Positions 37,393 to 50,422 of a stretch of DNA of 64,000 nt are shown here, piece by piece. The stretch comes from Amoebophrya sp. A120 (taxonomy: Eukaryota; Protista; Dinoflagellata), in the NCBI GenBank assembly GCA_905178155.1, contig CAJINV010000003.1:4277253-4341252 (forward strand), in the 5' to 3' direction. How positions within the stretch are numbered: the stretch's first letter is position 1; every line of letters begins with the position of its first letter. The translations under genes were made by a program, and so were the position numbers. Below the pieces are notes generated by a model. It was not told where the DNA came from. It did not search any database and saw only the letters and a program-made list of their open reading frames with translations.

Positions 37393-40300
37393 TCATCTAC
37401 ATTGGAGGTGCAGGTGGTTCAGGTGAAAGAAAAAAGAAAAACTAGAATTACAACAAAAAATTGTACTTCTGCCACTCTGCTGAACATCGTTCATGACGGA
37501 GAACGCAGTCTCAAGACGCGTTGGAACCGCAGAGGGCCCGGCATCTACGGGGACCGCCACATCTAGAACAAGATTCCGCCGCAGCGGACCAATTGATCTC
37601 TGGTGCGCCAGTTTCCGGTGCAGAACGTTCACTTGCCGCAGCGCCTTGTGGAAGACTTCATTCTTCACGCGATCGCCCTTAACTCGGAAAAAAGTGACCA
37701 TGACATCGCTACGAATCTGCCGGCCGGAGTCTGGCGGCGGCGAGGTTCCCCGGGGGCTTTGCAAAACCTTCTCCATGTTTTGCACCTTGGGCACCAACAC
37801 GTGTACGGGAAAACCCGCCCCCTCCGGGGTCTTGAAGGGTGCGTCGCCAACCCCCGATATCGGCTTTCTCGTCGGAGCTTGCACTGCGCGCGGCGACGTG
37901 GGTGCCGTGAAATTCCACAAATCGCGGCAAATCGGCGACACGTCAAAACCGGGTGGGAGCTCAATACGCGTCACCACGGAGCTCTCCATGTACGACCGCA
38001 CTTTTCCGAACACTACCTAGAGACGATGTATAGAGACGAAATAGGTGATCTTCAGCACTGTTCTTATCCCTAAAGAAATTCGCAGCATACCGTCGGGATT
38101 TGCCCTTTTTCTTGCGCCAACGCAGGCGCTGCAGCTTTTATGGTCGCGCCTGCGTAGGAGTGGTGTTGCCTCCCCTGGTGGGTTTTTGCACGCGGCCCAG
38201 GCGTCGCTCTAGAGAAACCAACAGGCTGGCACGCTAGCACCCCGGCGAGCCTAGACATAGACTAAAGAGGCCCCCCCACTGCGCAGATCGACGCGCCCCG
38301 CGGGCACTCACAACACACCCATCCGGCGCAGGCGGGCATCTTTTCCGCGGCCCCGAGCCCGACGTACTCGCGACCCAAAAAAGGCCGCAAGCCGGCTCGT
38401 GCGGACTTGGTGCGCAGGCCCCTCGAGTCCTCTTGGAACTCTTCAAGCGCGCCCCCATCTCTCACCCGCCGCCCCAATCACTCACCGTTGGCACCGGACC
38501 GCTTTCGCGGCCGTGGTGGACGCACTGGCAGAAGACCCAAAAAGCTTCCCGCCTGGTATTCGTTTAAACGCTCCAAAAAGATAGATAAGAACACCTACTG
38601 CAACGACCTGGCATTTGGCATTGATGTTTTGGCACGAAGCAGAGTTGGAGCTTCTGCGCCAGATGTTCCCGGTCTCGTTTTCTGCTGTTCTTATCCTCCA
38701 CGCCATGCATAGATAAGAGCATGTTTGTAACGACCTGAAGCTGGTGTTTGGCACGAAGCAGAATTGAAGCTTCTGCGCCAAATGTTCCCGCTCTCGAAAA
38801 ATGCTGTTCTTATCCTCCATTTGGTGCATAGATAAGAACATGTTTGTAACGACCTGAAAATGGTGTTCTTATCTATGCACGGAGAGGAGGGATAAGAACA
38901 GCATTTTATAGAGAACGGGAACATCTGGAGGAGAAGCTTCAATTCTGATTCGTCCAATCACCCTACTGCAGGTTGGAAGCTGGAGAGCGACACGACTGTG
39001 GTGGTCAACGAGAAACTCCGAGGAGGCTACTACGTCCAACTCTGATTCATCCCAAAACACAGCAACAGGTCGCTGCAGTAGTGTTCTTATCTATGCACGA
39101 GCGGGAACGTGCGGAGCTGAAGCACCATCTTTGCTTCTAGTCCCTCCCATATGCGTATTATTTTATAGAGCCAGCGCCCCATCGGTCCTAATTTAGGACC
39201 GACGGCACGGCGCAGGCAACAAAGACAACACCGGAGGGGCCATCATCTGCTATGGAGCTCTCCATGTACGACCGCACTTTTCCGAACACTACCTAGTAGA
39301 GACGATGAAAGTGGCACCAGATTGATTCGACACACTGAACATTTTGTGTGAGATTAGGCTGGGGCTACACATTGACATACAGTAGACATCATATCATTCT
39401 CTTCACGTCGTCCCTTTCTATAACTTTCATGTACATTTTTGTGATGAACGTTTCCAAGCCACAATCGCATACCTCCATGATCACGTAGCATTCGTCTCGG
39501 CGAAGGTCTTCAGGATTGAATTCGAACTGCTGCTTCGCGTCGAGTATCAGATGTAAAAATGTCTGGGTCTGGAAGAATGCAAGATTTGTGATGCAGGTTT
39601 TCCATGACCCATGAGGTCTGGAATGCGAGACCCAGCATGACAGATTCTTGGAGGTCTCTATCATGCCTTTCCTGCATGAGAAACTCCCTCTCAACTTGGT
39701 CAAACGCGGACAGCTTTTGGCACTCACGCAACACAGATTTTTGCATCATTTAGATTTAGCATGACAAGTTCTAATCTTCCAGATCCAGACATTTTTGCAA
39801 TCCATATCGAGGCACGAAACCCCTGCAGCGGCCGGCTGCTCGCCGTCCCGCCACCGCCACATCCGATACGCGGCGCACTCCTGCCATGACGTTGTGGAGT
39901 TGCCGGGGTTGTCGATGCTGCGTGCAAACTCCTCGAAGGACTGAGGGTCCTTCTCGAACGCGCACGCGTTCCCCATGGTGCGGGAAAGTAGAGGACCACC
40001 AGCAGTCGATTAGTACACCAGCACGGTTCAGACTCCGCAGATGTTGCAGATCACCTTTTTACTGCCTTCATAGTTTGGCTGGGTCCTCACATCCGTATCG
40101 CATTCTTTTGTCTCTAGGGCAGATACTCGTTTTTACTTGGCGGAAATGCTTGTGCTTCACAAAATGTTGACCGTGCAGCTGCCCGCACGGATCCTTTTCT
40201 TGAAGATCATGCATGATACGAGCGATAGCAGTATCGTGTCAGGAAGGACATCTTTCGAGTTGGACGTGACTGTAGTATGCAAGGCGGGCGATAGAAGGAC

Positions 40301-40400
40301 ATTTACATTTCAGATCCTCTCCTCAGAGCAACCGACGGAAGCATTATACAACGGTCGTGGAGCTTTTGACATCATCCACGACGTACATTGAGATTGACAT
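37393..40400 (-). CDS. Hypothetical multi-exon protein with a kinase-like fragment; structure uncertain
   Basis: GVSCL|DAKQQF is in frame after removing 39545-39806; CYVIMEVCDCGL resembles kinase subdomain V; the start of the terminal exon is duplicated. Confidence 0.4.
37978..39296. repeat. Identical 43-bp direct repeats (37978-38020 and 39254-39296)
   Basis: GGAGCTCTCCATGTACGACCGCACTTTTCCGAACACTACCTAG occurs twice, each followed by (TAG)AGACGATG. Confidence 0.9.
38580..39098. repeat. Fold-back repeat built from ~120-bp units bounded by GATAAGAACA/TGTTCTTATC
   Basis: Direct units at ~38581, 38709, 38828; reverse-complement units from ~38865 to 39098. Confidence 0.8.
39545..39806. mobile_element. 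TIR insertion / non-canonical intron, family A (262 bp)
   Basis: TATCAGATGTAAAAATGTCTGGGTCTGGAAG...CTTCCAGATCCAGACATTTTTGCAATCCATA; direct repeat TCGAG. Confidence 0.93.
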
Positions 40401-40869
40401 TTTTGCACCGTTCGCATTAAGTTCTTCACGCCTGAGCGCAACGGAGAGAGCGCCAAAATGGAGCGGAGTTGCGGTCATGATGAGATGCGTACCGCAAGTA
40501 CTACACGCTCGAACACAAAAACTTTTTAGTCCACTGGGAGCGGTGTGGAAATCCATCGTGTCATATTCGCCAAGCGTGTGGATACAGTTGTACGGACTTT
40601 TGCGATGATGTAGTACACCAGCAATCATACAAGTAAAATTTCTTTTTCGCGCACAGCGTATGTACAGAAAGCTTTCATGCGCGATTGCATTTATTTCCGT
40701 TTGCGTACTGCTTTCATCTGCGTATAACAACTATTCTAAATCTACTCAACTCCTTGCACTCTACCTGAGAGCGTTTTTCATTTTCGAGCGATGTAAACAT
40801 TTGTAAACTTGAAAGTGGACAGGTTCATTTTACAGTCGATATCTCGGACAAGAATCCTCCGCTGGAAGC

Positions 40870-42103
40870 CTAACCGCCTTCCGCTGAGGGAGCCGGCACC
40901 TCTGCTGGGGCAGGCGGGGCTGCTGCTTGATCTGTGAAAAATTTAGTGGAAAAGGTTCACACTCCGTTCTGGCACTTACTTCCATCTTAGTAGCAAACTG
41001 CGTGTGCGTCTGTCATGCGTACATATCCGTTTATTCCTTTTCGTACGCATACCCATACGCAAGCAACAAGCAAAAAGAAAAGAGAATACCTTTTGGCATG
41101 TCTTCCAACGCAAATCGATTCTTCCAGGCCCCTTTGCAGTAGAGCCACCAGCTTTGCGTTCCTAAACCCTTGAACGCCGCCATGTGGTAAGCCTGAACAT
41201 TGGAAATGACAATGAGCAATTCGAGCATGCACACATAGTACATCGTTCGGAATTGTGAGCCTGAAGCATTATTTTTAAAAAAAGACCGTATTCTGTAAAG
41301 AAAAGCAAAGCCGTTATGAAGAACAAAGCTTATATCTGTACGGTGCATCCGTGCTTGTCGGTGACATTCGCGTCGCATCCCTTTTCTATTAGTGTCTTTG
41401 CTATCTGCCATCGCTGCGCTTCGACGGCCCGAAACCTGAATTGGGTTGTAAGATCTTAGTCCGGAAACTACCCAAGGTAAGCACTAGTACATCAGGGAAA
41501 CAAGTTTTTCACGAAGAGCTTCTATGCTTTCACTTTCAAGATGCTAGTACAGCGGAAAAGTATTTTTCAGTACAGTGGTGTTCTTCCTTCGTCGTCCTGC
41601 TTTATTTCTGCCTTCTTGTCCAGCAGCAAGTTTACCAAATCTTGATACCCGTAGAACCTGAAGGGAGAAATCAAAACTTCACTTTTGCTTATCAATGCCA
41701 ACTGTGCACCATTTGCCCGTTGCAAGAACCGCCCTCGAACTTTGACGGCGAAACGTCAACGAAAAGAACTACTACGTGAAGTAGATGCATCACAAAAAAT
41801 TGTGGTCAACAACTGGTTGAGAAAGTGCTACTAAGGTTGGTACGATGCATCGTGGAGCGGCGTCCTCCCCAGGTAGTCCGTGCAGTTCATGCTGACGTTT
41901 TTGTCGAGCAAGAACTTCGCTACTGGTTCCCGGTTCATGGATATTGCCTCGTGGAACGCCGTTCGGTAGTAGGGTTTCTCGCTGAAGTCCAGGTCACCTT
42001 GTCTTCTCAACAGTTCGGACGTGAAAAATTTCACCCCGTTCTCCCCATCCATGATGCCCTTGTGTGCCGCCTGGCACAGCTTTCGGTTCTCTTCCTGTGC
42101 CAT
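40870..42103 (-). CDS. Small ankyrin-repeat protein, multi-exon; 3' end approximate
   Basis: RTAFHEAI, GRTPLHDAS|FYGYQDLVNLLLDKKAE, EGRTPL. Confidence 0.7.
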
Positions 42104-43562
42104 CTTGTGTCAAGTAGATGTCGCCTTTGCTAGTCGTACTCGTGCTCCACCAGAGCGAAGGAGGACACAATTCCAATTCTGAAAACAGCTCTTGTCGTTT
42201 GTTTTTCAGAAGGTTTCGGTCTAGTGCAGACTCACGTTTGCCGTCCTGCGGGATTGGACTTTTCACGTTAGCTGGGACAGTTGGCCAAGAGATGTACCAC
42301 TGGGAAGGCAGTCGACAACAGGTTCTCCTTTGCTCCCCTTGCGTCACTCCAATCCGGGCTGCCGCGTGGTATGCTGCCCCCAAAGGAGAGACCAGCTCCA
42401 GAACTTCAACAGAATTTTTAACAGCGCTGTCTGCGGTCCGCTACGCCTTCTTACGTACTTACTTGCCAGAAGATAGCCAAACGTACACGTAGTCAGTGCA
42501 GCTATCACTGTGAGGCGGTAAAGAAAAAAATCTCCTAGAGGTGTCGACCTACGAAAGAAGAATGAATCGCTCCGCTCGAAAACGAAAACAGATATCGAAC
42601 AAGGGTCAGCTCGATGGATCAGAGTCTAACAAACATTGATGGAGTGGTCCTGCAAGATTTCAATAGATTTAAATTTACCTGCATGGTAAATGATTTTCGG
42701 AGTGGTTACCGCGTCCAATAGTAATTCAGCGGTGATCGTACGTGGTAAGTGCTCTCGTGCTAGCCGAACGATGGTTTCATCTGCCTCAATAGGAGAGGAA
42801 CAAGAACGAGTTGTAACGAGTACGATTAATAATAATAATAATAAGATTCCTTAAAAGGCGCTAGCCAATCGACAGAGCCGATTATGGCAGCGAATGTCTG
42901 GAAATCTCTGTTGTTCTCTTTCACTTGGACTGGTGATGTCACATCAGAGAGTTTGGAACGATTACTATGCAGCTAATATGCACCGATCTGCGATTGCGAT
43001 GTTCTACTTCGGCTTAATGAAGTTACAGGAGTTCGATTGCTGAATTAAGTGAAATTCCTCTCTGCACAATCGCAAGCGCTTTTTCGCGACGAGCGTAGAA
43101 GTAGAACAGCAAGGCGAATAGCAGTGCGCAAACTTTCGCTTTTTCATTTTTTTCTTTTCTGGGTTGCAGTTGGAAATTCTCTAGTTGCGTACTCTGTCTT
43201 GAAATCTGGTTATTGTTGCGGGGGTTCAAGTTGTAAAACCTTGGTTAGCTGCTGCCATTGGGATACCATCCCGTTCAGACGAACTTAAAGTCAACAATAG
43301 AATTCAAGTCTGCGCTCACAAATAGTACCAGCCGTCAGAGACCGTCAAACGAGTTGAAAAAATTTTTGGTAACAATTGCGATGCATATATCCGTAAGTTT
43401 TCGTATTTCGATTCCATGATGGTGTAGCTCTAGCTCGTTCAAAATCAGGTTGTTGATGCAAAGAAATTCCGTTCTCAAGTTTTTTCTTCGAAAGTGTTGA
43501 TGTTGATGCAGCTCCATGATAGTACCGACTTCCACTATATTCATTCGCTCTCCTCGTTACCC

Positions 43563-44400
43563 TCAGCGGCGGCGGGAGTCCGACTTGGAGCGGGAGCGGT
43601 CGCGCTTGGAGCCCGCCCGGTCCTCCTTCTTGGAACCACGGTCGCGGTCTCCACCGCGGCTGCGGGAGCGGGAGCGATCACCGCCCCGGGGGCGGGAATC
43701 CGCCCGGGCTTGGAAGCGACCGCCCTGGCCCTTCGGCTTGCCGCACCGCATGCACTCCTGGCGCGCGGCGAAGTTCATGAAGTCGCAGCTGTCGCAGATC
43801 CAGTCCCCCGGCTTCATGCTCTGCTTCCCCTTGCCCTTGCCCTTGGGGGAACGGCTGCGGGAATCGCGGCGGCCACGCCCGCGCCCACGGGAGTCGTTGC
43901 GCCCGCGGCGGCGGGAGTCACCCCGTTTGCCCCGGCCCTTCGCGCGCTCGCGTGCGTCATGGTCCCCGGTTCCGCCAGTCACCATCAGGGCGCGCTCCTT
44001 CCCGTTCCGGGCACGCTCGTCCTCCACGACCTCCATTTCAACCTGATGTGTAAAGATGAAGTGGATTGATGCTCTTGGACCAGATAAGAGATGTTCCCGC
44101 CGCTGGCTTCTAGTTGCTTTTGAGCGCGGGTGACATGCACGATGAATCTTGTATGTAGAAGATGTAGTAGTACATCAAACATATCTTCAGTGACATCAAG
44201 CAAATTTACAACATGCGACGTACTACGCAACAAATAGTACTACGTACCTTGTCATTTTCCATCAACGGACGGCCCTCCACATCGACGGAGTGAACGAAGA
44301 CGTCGATTCCCGCCTTTCTCCCCTTGGTCACCTCGATGAAGCCATAACCCTTCTCCAGGTTGAACCACTTCACGACGCCCGGCACGCGTTCTCCGCCCAT
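43563..44400 (-). CDS. Cold-shock domain + RS-rich + RanBP2-type zinc finger protein, copy 1
   Basis: [20 protein letters not shown]; GT-AG intron 44043-44247; [22 protein letters not shown]; RSRS tracts. Confidence 0.88.
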
Positions 44401-45956
44401 GTTGTGATAAATTTATCTGTTCTTCAACGAGTACGTCCTTAAAAATGCTGGTCCTCCTTGCTTCCCCGATCAGGAAACGGTGAGATAGAATCAAATCGAA
44501 ATAGAATTCCGAACAGCCTGTGATGTTTGTTGAAAAAGTCTCCGAGCGAGTAGTTGCGGTGGTTTCGCCCGAGGGAATCCGAAAGTCAAGTATTCCTACG
44601 CACCCGCCGAAATAAAGTAGAGCTGGACGGGGGAAATGTGCGCTTGTTGTAGCTCAGGTTCAACCACAACTAACTGGAATCACGGTAAAAGTTGTCCCAC
44701 AGCACCTCCAAGGGATGATAGATCCTGTAGTGCCCGCACGTTGTGCTACCGGAACGGCAACGGCTATAGTATAGTAAATTTCGTCGTGCGTGCAGGGGAA
44801 TTGATAAGAGGCATTTTGCTTGAGGAGCCCACGCTGCACCGTTCCAATTTATGGCAATGTCGGGACAACCTGCGGGTACGCACGCCGAGCCTCTACCACC
44901 TTCTGCGCTCGCAACACTGACAAGATCTCCGCCTTTCACAATTTTGAAGAACCCCGTTCGAGAATTTCGTTTCCGAGCAGCGCTGATCTTGATTCGCATT
45001 TGCATTTCGCACGTAGACATCTGCGCGAGAACGAGCATCGGCCCTTCGTCTAGCAGCTATCGACGTTAAAACTAGGACCCTGTCTTACGAAATCGATTTT
45101 AGGGCGTCTCTATGATCTCCGACCCGTCCCGACCTTTTTGTGACAAACTCGTAGGACATAGCGACAAACAAACCTGTATCTGCTCGAGTCTACCCCTACG
45201 TATCTTCTTCCTCGATATCATGATGAACAGGTGGACATTGTAGATATTACCTCTCATGCAAGTAGCTACCCCCCTTTGTACCACTGCGAGCGGTGTTTGC
45301 GTTTGCATATTTCCAGTCTGTCTTCCTGTTCGACAACGACATTGACAGTTAGTGCATGAGATAAAACAGTGAATTCGGCGCGCAATGGACGATTGTGATA
45401 ATCTCGATAAACAAATGTTGTGGTGCATTGGTGCCAATCCAAAGCCCCCGCTCCGATCGGGACGTTACGAGAACCATGGACTGCCACTGCTCCCGGTACG
45501 TAGCTCCAAAAAAAAATAGCTTGGTTCCACATCCACGTGAACGATCGAAAACGCGAAAGCAACTAGCCCCTTTTTTATGCATGTTAAACCTCTGGTTGAA
45601 GTTGGATTTTTTGCTAAACCTCCTCGTTGTGACTTCGTGGTGGAGATGAGATGGCTTTTGATCGTGCGAGCGCCTTCAAGAGTAAATCAAACCTGATGTC
45701 CTCCTGGTCGACACCTGTTGTATGATATCAATGTTTTTTTGTTCTAGAGCAAGATCATTTCCTTTTCCATTGAAGATGGAAGTAACGAAAAACTAAACCC
45801 GAAGTGGTGTCAATCTATGCATCCGATCACAAATCTAACCCTTCACCTTGCGCAAAATCAAAAAATCGCGTTGTATGAATGTTGCTACCATGATTTTTTC
45901 GTTTTCCAATCTCCGTTTCCGAAATCTGTTTCGGTCCTTCTTCACTGCCCGGGCCT

Positions 45957-46827
45957 CTAGCGGCGGCGGGAGTCAGCACGACCACGGGACTTCTCCTTGT
46001 CGCCCCCACGGGACTCCTTGTCGCCCCCACGGGACCTGGATCGGGAGCGGGACTTCTCCTTGCGGCGCTGGTCGGGAGAACGGCTGCGGGAGCGGGAGTC
46101 ACGGCGCTTGCCACCCGGGACGCGACCACCCGGGGCCTTGACTGCGCCGCACTTGAGGCACTCCTTTCGGGACGCAAAATTCATGAAGCTGCACTTGTCG
46201 CATTCCCAGTCACCCGGCTTGACGGACGTCTTTCCCTTGCCCTTGCGCGGGGAATCGCGGCGACGGCGGGAGTCACGGCGACCACGGGAGTCGCGGCGAC
46301 CACGCGAGTCTCGGCGGCCGCGGCCCTTTCCGTCTCCCTTCGCGCGCTCACGGGCATCGTAGTCTCCAGTGCCCCCAGTCACGTTGGCGGCACGATCCTT
46401 GCTGGACGTCCGGTCGTCGTCCGCAATGTTGAACTCGACCTGCAGTTGGTGTTGCTTTAATTCTCTTTCCGAAAAATAACAGGAGGCTCAGACAAAACTG
46501 AAACAGCAAATTCAAACTTTAATTTTTCACACACAGTAAGTGAAGAAAATAAGTACTCCAAAGCCAATCAGGAGGCCAAATCGATCCTAAAGTCTTGATG
46601 CTACCTATGCGTCGCGATCGCGAACAAACAAGACAACTGAAAAATAATTCTGGCGAAGGCAAGAAAGTGCGTACCTTGTCGTTCTCCATCAGCGGGCGTC
46701 CCTTGATGTCGGATGCGTGAACGAAGACGTCCGTTCCCTTGTCCTTGCCGTTGGTGATTTCGATAAATCCGAACCCCTTCACGAGGTCGAACCACTTTAC
46801 GGTTCCCGTCAACATGTCTCCGCCCAT
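45957..46827 (-). CDS. Cold-shock domain + RS-rich + RanBP2-type zinc finger protein, copy 2
   Basis: [20 protein letters not shown]; intron at the same codon (ENDK|VE); [22 protein letters not shown]. Confidence 0.88.
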
Positions 46828-49100
46828 GGTTGATGCTTTTTGATCGACTTTTACGGCTTACGGTTCTTACGTCACCCAGTAGAGTAACGAGGAATGTTTT
46901 GCGAAAGGGCAAACGAGAAAACTGTGATAGCTGGCTGCGATTGGATAACCACTGGAAGATTTCGCCCGGCAGGTACACCTCTACGATTCCAAAAAGTTTC
47001 CTGTCAACGTTTTTTGCAATGCCACAAGAATAGAAGGGACTGCGGTTCCGCTGCGGCGAAGAGAGGTCTCCGACCACTGCCGAACCAAAGGTGTTGCCGA
47101 AGCTAGGTAGTGTGTGTGGACTCCGTAGTGCTGTGTTCGCTAGGAAATGTAGTGGAGGACTCTTGGTAACGGTATCGGTACGTAGGTAGATAGAAAAACA
47201 CGCGCCTTCGAGGACGTATCGCCGGTGCAATTGCCTGACCGGTCGCAATCGCCCCGCCCGCGCTTCGCGTCTGTCTACGATGTAGTACACTAGTGCAACT
47301 TCTACGACCCTCCGTCACGTAGTGCTTCCTTGTGCTCGCAGTTAAAATTCTTGATCCTCACCGAAACGTGTTCGCGTGCGCTGGCTACCAACAGCGGATA
47401 AAAATTTCATGATCCGCCCCTTTTCAGGGTAACTTCGCCAGGGCTCCCCTGTCACTCGCTGAAAAACTCCCAGCTGTCAAGAGCGCTGCGAAAAGGAACA
47501 GGAAGCGGGCACAGGCATCATCATCCCGTCCCGGCTTCTATTTCTCTGGGCCTTCATCGACAACGAGAATTGCGAGTCCCGAGCCTTGCAGTGCCTCGCG
47601 TATTCCTCTGTGGCTTTGCGATCGGAAGTTTTGTCGCACGACCCGCGCCACATTGAGCTGTTCTTGCAACTACGGCCACGATCGGAAATCTCTCTCCATG
47701 TCTTTCCCCCCTATTACACCACCAGCCGGCAAGTTGCGCTAGCCAACGTGTTGATCATCGTGCCAAACGTCTATCTGTGCCCGTTGAAAAACAACGAACT
47801 TCCCTAGCACAGAACCCGACGCCGCGGCCGATCACCTTCATTGCGGCGAACAGCTGCTGGATCGCTCAAAGCCGTCCTGTGTTTGTTCGCGGAAGAAAAA
47901 GGCGACGTGAGGGCCTATTTGTTTGGGCGCGGCGTTATTTTCATCAGATATCGTGCCCAGATTGATGGACAAAAGAGAACTACCTGATCCAAGTAAGTGT
48001 GGGCGTTGGATGGGCTTAGCGGCAACGCGTGGCTGCGGGGGGCTTTTCGCGCATTTTCGCGATCCTTGCCGCGGTGCGCAAATGCGCGGCGCCGACGCGG
48101 TCGCAAATGATTCATACAAGAAATAAATCAACAGCGATCATTGCGATGGGCTCTGCAGTCGTGCTAGGTAGCGTGTTTACCTCCCCAGGATCAGCTACTG
48201 CGCGCTAGTGCGCCAAGCCCTCTATGTTTCCATACTGCAGTCGTGAACGTTAAGCATAAGCGATGTGTTACATTAGATAACGGATCCCATTTTCAAACAT
48301 GCGTTGGGTAGTGTACTTACGTGTATTTCGATCGGGTCGATGTCGGTTTGCGAACGCGAAGCCGCATGAAAAATTTGCTCCAGAGAGAGCGTGAATAGCC
48401 GTATCCTCTGAAAAAGTGTTCCGTCTGATGTTACTGCAAAGATCTCTGCTGAGCGGCACTCGTCAGTAGAAGTACTAACTTGTTTAGTTCGTAGAAACTA
48501 GAAAGGTGATCTCAATTTATGCTCACTTGGATTTTTGACTCTGCTATTTTGCTTTTGGGTGCAGGGGGAAATGAACTCATTTTTACTTTGATCGTCTCAA
48601 AAGTCAGACCTCCTCCAGTGCATTTAGCATTTTTGCGGTTTCTTTTGGTTTCTGTAATTGGATCTTCGGCGACTCAGTTTCGTTTTCCTTCAGATGAAAA
48701 GATCTCGACTGCTGATACATCAATATTCAGTCCGTCCGCTTTTGAGTTGCCTGCTCAAGATTGAACGTCGACCATCAATAGGCACTACTTCTGCGTGGCG
48801 AATCAAACACATAAAGACAGAACTGACTTACAACAAGTGCTGGCACACAAGTACTTAGAACAAGAGGTCAAGCATTTTTCCTCATATACTATATCACCAT
48901 GTCTCACTTCAGGAGCTCGAGTTCCGTCACACAAGAAGTGAAAGACGTCATATTCCGAGTCGCTCGTCCGTGAAGTTCGTGTTATTCTTTCGGAACTACA
49001 CTGAGCAAATCCTTTTGCCTTTTTTGATTCATTGTGCGAGCGCGAGGACGACTTCAACATCTACATCCTGCAACTAAAAGCCTCAAAAATATGTCTGTTA

Positions 49101-50422
49101 CTACAGCCCTGGAGCCACGTCTTCGTCTCTGGTGCCGTCATTTTGCAGCAGCGGCGAGGTGAAGAAGGACAGGTAGCCGTTTTTCTGTGACTCGCCCAGA
49201 AAGTATCGGACGATGATGGGGTGGTTCTGCCTGAAAAAAAGATCTACTCGTCCAACCTGATTCGCGCAACTGGTAAACGTTTGCAGGAACTTGAGTGGAA
49301 ACCGCTGCTCGAAGCTTCGTCGCATGCCGGAGAGATCGACCCAGTGCTCCTTGTTCGTCATTGTGTCGTTCTTTTGTGGTATGCTCAGGTGCGTACTTAC
49401 ACCTGAAAATGTAAATGAAGATGTCGTGCATATTTTAAAGGGAGTACTATTAGCTGCAAAAAACATAAAGAAAGAAGCTCCGAACCACGAGCGAAAGCTC
49501 CGCCACTAGGTCCTCGTACCTGTTTCCCTGCTTTCTATGGAGCACCTGAAAATCTGGGGGTCGACGGAGATGCGGACATTCGCTGCCTGGGTCTGCAGGG
49601 CGTTTACCATGTACAACAGTGTCTTGCTGTTCATGCGGACTTGGTTGTCGTAGTATTCGCTCGGGACGTTTGACACCTTCATCCGATCATCCTCAGTTAT
49701 CTTCAAAAGCGGCAGCTTCGCGTTGAATTCCTGATCGATGTTGGTACGACAGTAGATGAAATAACTACAGGACTCAGTCTCAGCCGAAGCTTTTCCTTTC
49801 TTCATCAAAATCACTGAGACCTGAGGTTGCACGACGTCAACTCCGATACATTGAGGATGGGAAATCGTCTACCTTACCTCGCTAGTTTTGCGCTTTCCCG
49901 CGGACGTTTCGATGTAGGATAATCCGAGAAATGTCGGATTATCGTTACTGTAGATTTCTATGTGGTTGCCTGCCTCCGCACCAGCAATCATTTTCAGCAG
50001 CCACCGAACGTCCAGCTTCCATGAGATACTGATGTAGATTGATTTGGTCTTTCGCGATTCATGTTCATCGACTCACAAAAAGAAGCAAGCGCCGTCTCGC
50101 AGCAGTAATCCTGCCACAGTGCGATTGGTTTGCCTTTGCTATGCAGAAGCACGGGAACAATTACAAATAAGTAAAAACAGAGCCTGGTGACCATCCCGAC
50201 ACAACATACTTACCAGGTTTTTGCCGTGCGAAAGAACTCGAAGTGAGAGAAGCCGTCAAAGCTGATTTTCCAGTCGCAGAGTGCTACCAAGGCATCGTCT
50301 TGTGCGTGCCCGAACATCCCTTCTTCCTCCTTTACCGTAATTACTACGGTGTTACTCAACCCCTCCAAACCTTTAAGCACCATGGCCAGGTGCTGGGCCT
50401 CGATTACGCACGCAAACGGCAT
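49101..50422 (-). CDS. Divergent PCNA-like sliding clamp, multi-exon
   Basis: Colinear similarity to PCNA: AQDDALVALCDWKISFDGFSHF, AKLPLLKITEDDRMKV..EYYDNQVRMNS, FPLKFLQTFTS...HPIIVRY...GYLSFFTSP. Confidence 0.65.

Noticed and set aside
42673-42691. Hairpin ATTTACC-TGCAT-GGTAAAT resembling a U1 5' end
   Set aside because: Too short, and no U1 stem-loops or Sm site can be identified.
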